Source: Phototrophicaceae bacterium | GTDB lineage: Bacteria; Chloroflexota; Anaerolineae; Aggregatilineales; Phototrophicaceae | Direction of reading: 5' to 3' | DNA: 64,000 nucleotides | Assembly: GCA_965223965.1 (NCBI GenBank) | Contig: CBDCXX010000002.1 | Span: forward strand, 56,132 to 120,131 | Shown here: piece after piece, positions 18,637 to 26,369 of the stretch | How positions within the stretch are numbered: position 1 is the stretch's first letter | Layout: every line of letters begins with the position of its first letter | Notes under the pieces: model-generated | Database searches by the model: none | What the model was told of the DNA's origin: nothing | Seen by the model: only the letters and a program-made list of their open reading frames with translations | Position numbers and translations under genes: made by a program

Positions 18637-19796
18637 GCGCGCGGCGCCGCCAGCACCCGGTCGAGCGTAGTTTCAAAATGACGCGCGCAGGCGGCAGCAG
18701 TGAAGTTGCGCAGGACGTGTTTGCGGCCGGCGGCGCCCATGCGCTGGCGCAGGGCCGGATCGCGCAGCAGCTGCAGCACGCGCTCGGCGAGGGCGGCCGG
18801 GTCGCCTGGTGGGACGAGAAAGCCGGTCTCGCCATCCAGCACGGTTTCAGACGGGCCGCCGCGGTTGGTGCTGACCACCGGCCGGGCGCTGGCCATGGCC
18901 TCCAGATTGACCATCCCGAAGCTTTCGAAGTGCGAACTGCAGACGACAACGTCGGCGGCTGCAAGGATGCGCTCGCTGTCCGCGCGGAAGCCGAGATAGC
19001 GCAGGCGCTCGCGCAGCAACGGGTCGGCGTGCGCGCTTTTCAGGATGCGTTCGCGATAGCGCACGTCGGCGCGCGTGTGCGGATTGTCGCCGGCGACAAG
19101 GAAGCGCGCCTCTGGCAGGGCCTGGGCGACGCGACGCGCCATAACCTGGAAGATGTCGTGCCCCTTCACGTTCTGGAAGCGCGCGAGCAGGACGACCAGC
19201 GGCGTCTCGGGCGCGAGCTCCAGATCGCTGCGCAGCAGCGCGACATCCGCACGCGGTCGAAAGCGCTCGCAGTCCACGCCGAGGTAGAGCAATTCGATTT
19301 CCTGTGACGGCATGAAGGGTGGCTGGCCGAGAAAGCCGTCGCGGATCGCGCGCGACGAGGCGAAGGTAGCCGCCGGGCGCCGGAAGAAACTGTGCTGCCA
19401 GGGACGCGGCCGGAACCACCAGCCCGAGCAGGTCCACAGGACCGGGACGTTGACGCGCTCGGCCGCTGGCAGCAGCAGGGGCAGGCTGTGATACTCGCAG
19501 TGCGCCGCTACAAAGTTCGCCGAGCGCAGCACGCGTTCCATGCGCCGCGAGCCAGGCAGCCGCGCCCACAGCGATGGCAGGAAGTAGACGTTGGCGCCGC
19601 GCCAGGGCGCGACGTGTACTGGCCAGCCCTGTGCCTCCCAGGCAGCGCTGAGCTGGCCCGCGCCCGGCACCAGCAGATGCGGCCGCCAGCGCGCCGTGTC
19701 GAGCTGCTGCGCCAGCGCGAGCAAGGTGGTCTCGCCGCCGCCGAGGTCCCTGTAGCTACTGACGAAGAGCAGATCGCGGGGCATGGGCTGCATCAT
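18633..19796 (-). CDS. Glycosyltransferase family 4
   Basis: C-terminal ESFGMVNLEAMASARPVVSTNRGGPSETV..GETGFLV (EX7E) motif. The track ORF extends to 19925, but ATG 19796/19784 (MMQPMPRDLLFVSS) fits the family N-terminus. Confidence 0.75.
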   Translation of the reverse strand: MMQPMPRDLLFVSSYRDLGGGETTLLALAQQLDTARWRPHLLVPGAGQLSAAWEAQGWPVHVAPWRGANVYFLPSLWARLPGSRRMERVLRSANFVAAHCEYHSLPLLLPAAERVNVPVLWTCSGWWFRPRPWQHSFFRRPAATFASSRAIRDGFLGQPPFMPSQEIELLYLGVDCERFRPRADVALLRSDLELAPETPLVVLLARFQNVKGHDIFQVMARRVAQALPEARFLVAGDNPHTRADVRYRERILKSAHADPLLRERLRYLGFRADSERILAAADVVVCSSHFESFGMVNLEAMASARPVVSTNRGGPSETVLDGETGFLVPPGDPAALAERVLQLLRDPALRQRMGAAGRKHVLRNFTAAACARHFETTLDRVLAAPRA

Positions 19797-19892
19797 TGCA
19801 TGGAAGCTGGCGGCAATTATGCGGGCTGGCAACGCTGAATGCGAACTGGCGTCTGATGTTGTGGCGAATGCTGCTGTGCTATACTGGCGCGC

Positions 19893-20126
19893 ATGACCGG
19901 GCAGGACTGGATACGCGAGTTGCAAGCGCGCGGTCTGGGTGGCCCGCTGCGGCTTCTGCTGGACGTCATCGAGCCGTTGGGCGTTCCAGGGGCGCAGTTG
20001 CTGTGGGTCGCGCAGCCACTATTTGGCCTGTTCGGCGCGGCAGCGGTGGCAGGACGCCTGGCCGCGTTGTTGCAGGAACCGGACGGCATCGCGCGCCTGC
20101 GCGAAATGCTGGAAAGCGACTGCTGA
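19893..20126 (+). CDS. Small hypothetical protein, first gene of a coupled four-gene operon
   Basis: 77 aa. Its stop overlaps the next start (TGATG at 20124-20128). No family recognised. Confidence 0.45.
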   Translation: MTGQDWIRELQARGLGGPLRLLLDVIEPLGVPGAQLLWVAQPLFGLFGAAAVAGRLAALLQEPDGIARLREMLESDC

Positions 20127-20905
20127 TGGCCTTGCTCGAACCCCTGCTGATCTGGCTGGAACAAAACGGCAGTCTGGTTCTGCCCCTGCTGGTCGCGCTC
20201 GGCTTTGGCATGTCATCATTTGCTGTCAGCCGCCGCGGCGCGCGCAGCCTGCGCCTCATTGCCGCCTGGGAGGCCTTGCCCTACATGCTGGAGGAGAGCG
20301 CCGGGCAGGGGCGTCCGGTGCATCTGTCTACTGGCGGCGCCGGTTTGCAGGGCAGCGATACCCTGCTGGCGCTGGCGGGCGCGGAAGCCGTTTACCAGGC
20401 TGCGCGCCAGGCGCAGGGTCCGGTCATCCTGACCACCAGCGCCACCACGATGATCCCGCTCGGCTACGAAACCTTGCGTCGGGCCCAACGGGCGCGCGGT
20501 TTCGCCGGAAGCATGTTGCCCGGCACCCTGCGCTGGTTCCCGGACGGGCCGCGCTCGCTGGCCTGGGCCGGCGCGACGAGTGTGCTGATGGGCAGTGAGA
20601 ATGTCGGCACCAACCTGCTGGTTGGCGCGTTCGGACCAGAGCTGGCGCTGGTCAGCCAGGCGGCCGCGCGGCACGGCCAGCATTTTCTGGCCGCCAGCGA
20701 CCAGCTGGATGGCCAGGCGGTGGCCTGGGCGACCGGCACCGAACCCCTCATCGGCGAGGAAATCTTCTTCGCCGGCGCTTACCTGAACCCGACGCCGGGC
20801 AACCAGGCGGCGCTGGTCATGCAGGACACGCTGCGCTGGCTGCTGATTGCGGCGCTGGTCGCGCTGGCGTTCCTCGCCTACACAGAAGGGGCCAGCCCGG
20901 CATGA
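20126..20905 (+). CDS. Hypothetical membrane-associated protein
   Basis: In-frame ATG 20126 within track ORF 19796-20905 (MALLEPLLIWLEQNGSLVLPLLVALGFG...). Coupled to both neighbours by overlapping stop/start codons. Confidence 0.5.
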   Translation: MALLEPLLIWLEQNGSLVLPLLVALGFGMSSFAVSRRGARSLRLIAAWEALPYMLEESAGQGRPVHLSTGGAGLQGSDTLLALAGAEAVYQAARQAQGPVILTTSATTMIPLGYETLRRAQRARGFAGSMLPGTLRWFPDGPRSLAWAGATSVLMGSENVGTNLLVGAFGPELALVSQAAARHGQHFLAASDQLDGQAVAWATGTEPLIGEEIFFAGAYLNPTPGNQAALVMQDTLRWLLIAALVALAFLAYTEGASPA

Positions 20906-21588
20906 CGCGCGGCTTCTTCACAATGATCGCGGTGCTGGTCGCGCTGGCCACCGCGCTGCTCACGCTGACCGGCCTGTTGCTGGAACAGCAGCCGCTGGTG
21001 CTCGGCGGCGCGCTGGCAACCTGGGAGCCGCTCATCCTTGAGTGGAGCGCCACGCTGCTGCAAGTATTCTCGATCAGCGTCGCCGTGACCATCATCATCG
21101 GAATCTTCAATCTCTTGCTGGTGCATTCGCGGCGCGCCGGTCGGCGCGAAGCGGGCTGCGGCTACAGCTTCATCCTTTTCCTCAGCGCTGCGACAGTCAT
21201 CGCGCTGACCTACCTGGAGCGCGAGAATCTGATCAGCACCGGGGCGGAATGGCGCGACCTGTTGCTGGAGCAGGTGCAGGTCACGGTCGAATCCTCGCTG
21301 GCCGGGCTATTACTGTTCGCGCTGGTGTATGGCGCCTCGCGCGTGATGTCCCTGCGCACCAGCGGCTGGGGCGCGCTCTTCGTGGGCACCGTGCTGGTTG
21401 TGCTGGCGGCTTCGTTGCCGCTGCCGCTACTGGCGGTGCTGATCCCGGTGCGCGACTGGCTGCTGGCGGTGCCGGTCAATGCGGGCGCGCGCGGCATCCT
21501 GCTGGGCATCGCGCTGGCCACCATCGTTGCCGGCGCCCGCGTCCTCATCGGTCAGGATCGCAGCCTGCGGGGCGAGCGCGATGACTGA
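20902..21588 (+). CDS. Hypothetical polytopic membrane protein
   Basis: 228 aa with about 6 hydrophobic segments. Start overlaps the previous stop (20902-20905) and stop overlaps the next start (21581-21588). Confidence 0.55.
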   Translation: MTRGFFTMIAVLVALATALLTLTGLLLEQQPLVLGGALATWEPLILEWSATLLQVFSISVAVTIIIGIFNLLLVHSRRAGRREAGCGYSFILFLSAATVIALTYLERENLISTGAEWRDLLLEQVQVTVESSLAGLLLFALVYGASRVMSLRTSGWGALFVGTVLVVLAASLPLPLLAVLIPVRDWLLAVPVNAGARGILLGIALATIVAGARVLIGQDRSLRGERDD

Positions 21589-23116
21589 CGCTTATGGTCA
21601 GGGCTCGGGCGACGATGCCTGGCCGCCAGGCGGCGGAGACCCCCCCCTGGCCTGGTCCGGAGACCCTTCCACCTCCCCCTTGCACGCCCTGCTCGGCCAG
21701 CTGAGCGACCGCCCGCTTGGTCGTCTGACCAGGCGGCTGCGCCGGCTGCGCAGGCGCAGCGAACAGCTGGCCCGCCGCGATCCTTCGTCCGTGCCCAACG
21801 TCTTCGCGCCCGAGGTCGGGGCCGTCGCCAGCAGCGCGCCGGGCCGTCGGCGGCGGCGACGACGCCTGAGCCTGAGTGGCGACCGCTTCCTCATTTCGCT
21901 GGTGCTGGCGGGCGGCATGCTGTTGCCCTTCTACAGCGCGCAGACGCGCCTGGGCGAGAGCGCCCCGCTCGAATTCGCTGCTGACAGCCCGCAGCAGACG
22001 CTCTACGAGGCGCTTGATGCGCTGCAACCTGGCGACCTGGTGCTGGTCGGGATGGAATACGGCCCGACTGCCGCCGGCGAGCTGGACACGGTCGCCAGCG
22101 TGCTCTTGCGCCACATCCTGCTGCGGCGCGCGCTGCCGGTCGTCGTCAGCCGCTACCCGGTCACGCTCCTGCGCGCGGAGCATATGTTGCTGGAGCTGGG
22201 CGCCGCCGCTGCGCCGCTGCTGCAGCTGCTGGAACGCGAGGACCCCCTGCTCGCCAACGGGGACTGGTTTGTGACGCGCTTCCTGGCAGGCGACATGGCG
22301 GGCCTGCGCTCGCTGACGATGAATATTGAAAAGCAGCTGGCCAAAGACCTGCGCGGCGCCCCGACCGGCCTGACGGTGGATGAACTGGAGGACTTTGCGC
22401 GCGTCCTCGTCGTCGCCGAGCGGCCCGGAGATCTGCGGCAATGGGCGGAGCAGATCGCCCCGCTGGCCGATAGTAATTTGCTGGGCGCCGTGGGTCAGGC
22501 CGCTGCGCCGTTGACCCGACCCTGGCTGGAGGTGGCGCTGGCGGGCATGATAACCGGCTTCCGCGATGCGCTGACCTATGACTCGCAGCTGCAGGGCCTT
22601 GAGGTGATTGTCGGGCCGCCCTCAGCGCCCAGGAATGTTATGGCGCTGAGTCGCGATGAAAGCATCGCGTTGACCTGGGACCCGCCCCTGTCCGACGGCG
22701 GCGCGTCAATCACCGGCTATTCCATACGCCGCCAGTCTACGCCCTACCTGACGTGGGTGGAAGTCGCCGCTACGGGCACAAGTCACACGCTGACGTCTCT
22801 CGATAACGGCACGTCCTACGACATCCAGGTGCGCGCCAGCAACAGCGAGGGCGACAGCGGCTGGAGTGAACAGATAACCGCCACACCGCGGACGGTGCCA
22901 TCGCAGCCCCGCTCGCTTGACCTGACTGCTGGCGACACGAGCGTGGCGGCCAGCTGGCAAGAGCCCGCCGCCGACGGCGGATCGGTCGTGACCGGGTATC
23001 GGCTGCGCTGGCGCACAGGCAGCGAGGACTGGCTTGGCGCAAACACGACCGAAACGGAATTCACTGCGGCGGGACTCACGAACGGCGATACTTACGAGTT
23101 CCAGGTGCGCGCCAGT
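21581..23116 (+). CDS. Hypothetical protein with two C-terminal fibronectin type III modules, truncated at the 23.11-kb breakpoint
   Basis: ATG 21581 within track ORF 21479-23356. Arg-rich segment, TM segment, then PSAPRNV..LTWDPPLSDGGASITGY...YDIQVRASNSEGDSGWS and PSQPRSL...GGSVVTGY...YEFQVRAS (FN3). The second module lacks its last strand. Confidence 0.6.
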
Positions 23117-23356
23117 GTCTATCTGGGCATGGCGCGCGACATGGCGCGCAGGCTTGCCTTGCAGACCGTTCTGGGCAGCGCTCAGCTTGTGCAGGAGACC
23201 GGGCGGCATCCGGCCGAACTTAAGGATATGGTAACCTCGCCGGGAGGTACGACGATAGCGGCGCTTCGAGCGATGGAGAGCGGCGGTTTCCGCGCTGCCA
23301 TATTTGATGGCGTTATCGCGGCATTCGACAAGTCGGAAGAACTAGGGAAGAAGTAA
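23117..23356 (+). CDS. proC: Pyrroline-5-carboxylate reductase, C-terminal fragment only (about 79 aa)
   Basis: VYLGMARDMARRLALQTVLGSAQLVQETGRHPAELKDMVTSPGGTTIAALRAMESGGFRAAI is the conserved ProC dimerisation domain. The Rossmann domain is absent. It sits in frame with the preceding FN3 ORF and is followed by yggT. Confidence 0.8.
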   Translation, partial: VYLGMARDMARRLALQTVLGSAQLVQETGRHPAELKDMVTSPGGTTIAALRAMESGGFRAAIFDGVIAAFDKSEELGKK

Positions 23357-23619
23357 TGACGCAGTATCTGGGTACATTCATTAACGTTCTGTTCTATGTG
23401 CTTTGGGCGGCGATACTGGGGCGCGTTATTCTCTCGTGGCTTAACCTGTCTCCTGAGAATCCTATTGTCGTGCTAATCTATGGGATAACGGAGCCTATCC
23501 TGAAGCCGATACGCCGTGTGCTGCCGTCGATGGGTATGATTGACCTGTCGCCGATGGTGGCGCTTATCGTGATGATGATTCTCCAGCGTGTGTTGCAGAG
23601 TTTGGTCAAGGGTTCTTGA
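23356..23619 (+). CDS. yggT: YggT family membrane protein
   Basis: 87 aa with two TM segments and the typical ILSW...PIV.....TEP.L.P.RR..P motif. Start overlaps the proC stop (TAATG). Confidence 0.85.
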   Translation: MTQYLGTFINVLFYVLWAAILGRVILSWLNLSPENPIVVLIYGITEPILKPIRRVLPSMGMIDLSPMVALIVMMILQRVLQSLVKGS

Positions 23620-23649
23620 AGCGCCTGCCGAGTTCGATTTTGCTCGGCT

Positions 23650-23853
23650 TCAGCCGCCGAACAGGTTGCTCGCCCAAACGGATGCAATCGTTGCGATGCC
23701 GATGCCGAGAATCAGGTAGAACAGGCGGTCAACGCGCTCCGACAGGTGATTGACCGCATTTTCGAGGCCATCCATCCTACCTTCCAGCCGCCCAATTGCG
23801 CGCCACACTTCGGCGGCGTCAATCTGCTGACCTTGCTGCGTTTCAGTAGTCAT
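23650..23853 (-). CDS. Small coiled-coil protein with C-terminal TM anchor (DUF1640-like architecture)
   Basis: 67 aa. N-terminal heptad-like segment (IGRLEGRMDGLENAVNHLSERVDRL), then LFYLILGIGIATIASVW. Same architecture as 34303-34515 and 59081-59281. Confidence 0.5.
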   Translation of the reverse strand: MTTETQQGQQIDAAEVWRAIGRLEGRMDGLENAVNHLSERVDRLFYLILGIGIATIASVWASNLFGG

Positions 23854-23902
23854 AGCAATTCCTTGACCGTTTTACTGTCTATCTTAGTCCGATTATACAC
23901 AA

Positions 23903-24166
23903 TTAGTAGAGTTCTGTCTGAAGGGCTTTCAGCACTTCCGATGCCGACATTCCATCTATGCGAATGCGCTTGTCACGCGACTTGTGACCACGCGCGATTT
24001 GCGCGCTTCGCTTGGGAACGCCAAGACGCTTCGCCAGCAGCGACGCCACCGCATCGTTTGCCTTGCCGGATTCCGGCGCCGCAGTGACGCGCACCGTTAT
24101 GCGCTCGCCGTCAATCTCCACTGCATTGCGGCTTGCGCGGGACTGTACGCGAATGTCGAGTTCCAT
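23903..24166 (-). CDS. DUF167 (YggU-like) protein
   Basis: 87 aa. RVTAAPESGKANDAVASLLAKRLGVPKRSAQIARGHKSRDKRIRI matches the DUF167 signature. Confidence 0.85.
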   Translation of the reverse strand: MELDIRVQSRASRNAVEIDGERITVRVTAAPESGKANDAVASLLAKRLGVPKRSAQIARGHKSRDKRIRIDGMSASEVLKALQTELY

Positions 24167-24173
24167 GTGGATG

Positions 24174-24932
24174 CTACGCGTGCGCCAGCGCGCCGCCGTC
24201 TATGAAGATTGTCTGCCCCGTAACGAAGTCGCAGGAGTCCGACGCCAGATAGACGAGCAGTCCGCACAGGTCGGTCGGATGTCCTTTGCGGCGAGCGGGC
24301 AGGTAGCGCACGAGAAGTTCGCGCTGCGACTCTTCGGTCGGCTCTTCGGTCGTAATCCAGCCTGCGCCGATGCCGTTGACGCGGATGCCGCGCCGCGACC
24401 ATTCCAGCGCGAGCGCCATTGTAATCTGATGAACCGCGCCTGCGGCGGCGCATGCAGCCACGGAGTTCCACAGCCCGCGCACCGCAAGGCCGGAGCCGAT
24501 ATTCACGATGTGTCCGCTTTCCTGCGCCAGCATCCGCCTGCCGACAGCCTGACTACACAGGTACATGGACTTCACATTGAAGTCCATCAGCGTCTGCCAC
24601 TCGGATTCAAGCACATCCTCGAAGGGCTTGCCGAACACTGCGCTCGCGTTATTGACCAGAATGTCCACCTTGCCGAACTCGTCCACGACGCGCTGCGTCA
24701 TAGCCTCCACATCGTCGGCGTCTGTAATGTCGGTTGTGATGTTAAGCGCGCGGCGTCCCTGTTCCTCGACGGCTTTGGCGGCGTCTGCTGCGTCGGAGCG
24801 CGCCGAGCCTGCGATTGCGACATCGGCGCCTGCTTCGGCGAGCGCAGCCGCGAGAAAGGGCGTCCAGCCGCGCCGGTCGGCAGTGATGATTGCGGACTTG
24901 CCGCTCAGGTTCCATTCTTCAGGTATGGGCAA
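24174..24932 (-). CDS. SDR-fold protein lacking the cofactor and catalytic motifs (probable non-catalytic paralogue)
   Basis: 252 aa with SDR architecture (NNAS, IVNIGSG, FIDGG). The TGxxxGxG position reads TADRRGWT, and the YxxxK position reads AACAAAGAV, with no Tyr or Lys. Confidence 0.6.
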   Translation of the reverse strand: MPIPEEWNLSGKSAIITADRRGWTPFLAAALAEAGADVAIAGSARSDAADAAKAVEEQGRRALNITTDITDADDVEAMTQRVVDEFGKVDILVNNASAVFGKPFEDVLESEWQTLMDFNVKSMYLCSQAVGRRMLAQESGHIVNIGSGLAVRGLWNSVAACAAAGAVHQITMALALEWSRRGIRVNGIGAGWITTEEPTEESQRELLVRYLPARRKGHPTDLCGLLVYLASDSCDFVTGQTIFIDGGALAHA

Positions 24933-24957
24933 TTCTTTCTCCTTTAGTCGTAAGTTT

Positions 24958-25054
24958 TCAGTTATCAGTGTTCAGTCCACCTAATCGCGTCAGTTGCCAT
25001 AGTTACGCACCGCAGTTTGCAGGTACGAACTGACAACTGAGCACTGACAACTGA
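24958..25054. repeat. Imperfect inverted repeat between the two SDR genes
   Basis: tcagttatcagtgttcagt (24958-24976) versus the reverse complement of actgagcactgacaactga (25036-25054) gives 17/19 matches. The right arm is itself tandemly duplicated (ctgacaactgagc x2). Confidence 0.6.
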
Positions 25055-25057
25055 GCG

Positions 25058-25861
25058 CTACACCTCCAACGGTATCTCGGGCGCGTAGCCTGTGGGCGCG
25101 TAGCCGCCTGCCAGTCCGCCGCCGTCGATGACGAACATCTCGCCGTTCATGTAGTCGGAGGCGTCGGAAGCGAGATACACGGCGAGCGGTCCCATCTCAT
25201 GGGGTCTGCCAACACGCCCCATCGGGATGAAGCCTCCACGAGGCAGCGTATCGTTCGATTCGGCCGTGCCCTCGGTCGGGATGTAGCCCGGCACGATGCA
25301 GGTGCAAGTGATACCGAAGCGGCTCATGCTCGTGGTGATGGTGCGGGTGAGCTGCGCGATGCCGCCCTTGCCGCAGGTGTACATATAATTGTCGCGCCCG
25401 CCTCGAAATCCGAAGCCAGACGACACATTCACAATCTTGCCGCCGCCGCGCTCAATCATGTGCTTTGCGATTGCGCGCGAGCAGTAGAATGCGCCGGTGA
25501 GGTTCGTGTCGATGCCGATGCGCCACTCCTCGTCGCTGATGTCCCATATCGGGATGGAGCCTTGACCGCGCACGATGCCCGCGTTGTTGAAGAGCGCGTC
25601 AACCTTGCCGAACTCATCGATTGCGCGCTCGAAGAGTTGGTTGACCTGCGCCGAGTCGGTGACATCGGTGGATACGGCGATGGCGCGCCTGCCGACCTCG
25701 CGCACTGCTTCGGCGGTCTCCTCGATTGGCCCCATGCGTCGCGAGGCAATCACCATGTCCGCGCCCGCCTTCGCCATCGCAACCGACATCTCGCGTCCCA
25801 GCCCCGTGCCGCCGCCCGTGATAACGATGGTCTTGCCGTCCAGACTGAGTTTTTCAAGCAT
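25058..25861 (-). CDS. SDR family oxidoreductase (canonical)
   Basis: 267 aa with TGGGTGLG cofactor motif, NNAG, and the S...YTCGK catalytic tetrad context. Confidence 0.85.
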   Translation of the reverse strand: MLEKLSLDGKTIVITGGGTGLGREMSVAMAKAGADMVIASRRMGPIEETAEAVREVGRRAIAVSTDVTDSAQVNQLFERAIDEFGKVDALFNNAGIVRGQGSIPIWDISDEEWRIGIDTNLTGAFYCSRAIAKHMIERGGGKIVNVSSGFGFRGGRDNYMYTCGKGGIAQLTRTITTSMSRFGITCTCIVPGYIPTEGTAESNDTLPRGGFIPMGRVGRPHEMGPLAVYLASDASDYMNGEMFVIDGGGLAGGYAPTGYAPEIPLEV

Positions 25862-25895
25862 CTTGTGTTCTCCTTGGGTTTGGAAGGGGTATTTC

Positions 25896-26369
25896 TTATG
25901 AGTTCATATAGTCATTTAAGAAGTCGTCTCTGTGAATGACTTGGACTTCTTGTCGGGATTCAAAGGCTTCAAGCAAGCCTTTGTCGGTGGTAATCAGCAG
26001 GTCCGCGCCCGCTGAGTAATATGTCTGGATCAGATATACATCCTCTTCGGGAGCGGCGGCGATTGCGTCTTGGGGCGTGGCGTCCGTAACATCGTCGGGT
26101 TGCAGAATTACGCACTTGCTCGGGTCAATTATCAAGCTCCGTACAAGCTTGCTTAACCGCCGTATATCAGGGGCGCTATGTGTCATGAGTTCATAAGCTT
26201 TTGTCATCCATGGTTTGCCGTTCAGGGCGGCTAACTTGTCTCGCCCTTGCGCGAACTGGGTAAGGAATCTGGCAGTTTCCTGTCTCTTGGGTTGACCGTT
26301 CTCACCTTTAATGTCTTGAAACAACCACTCGTTTATGACCAGCAGTTTAGTAGGCGAGTCATCCAACAT
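25896..26369 (-). CDS. Hypothetical protein, possibly PIN-like nuclease fold; partner of the upstream ATPase
   Basis: 157 aa. Its ATG abuts the stop of 26370-27653. N-terminal LLVINEWLF and C-terminal GADLLITTDKGLL resemble first and last PIN strands, which is weak evidence. Visibly AT-richer than its surroundings. Confidence 0.35.
   Translation of the reverse strand: MLDDSPTKLLVINEWLFQDIKGENGQPKRQETARFLTQFAQGRDKLAALNGKPWMTKAYELMTHSAPDIRRLSKLVRSLIIDPSKCVILQPDDVTDATPQDAIAAAPEEDVYLIQTYYSAGADLLITTDKGLLEAFESRQEVQVIHRDDFLNDYMNS

Noticed and set aside
21479-21580. An upstream extension of the FN3 protein ORF (track start 21479).
   Set aside because: This stretch fully overlaps the 3' end of the preceding membrane protein gene. 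ATG 21581 gives the same ATGA-type overlap seen at the other junctions of the operon.
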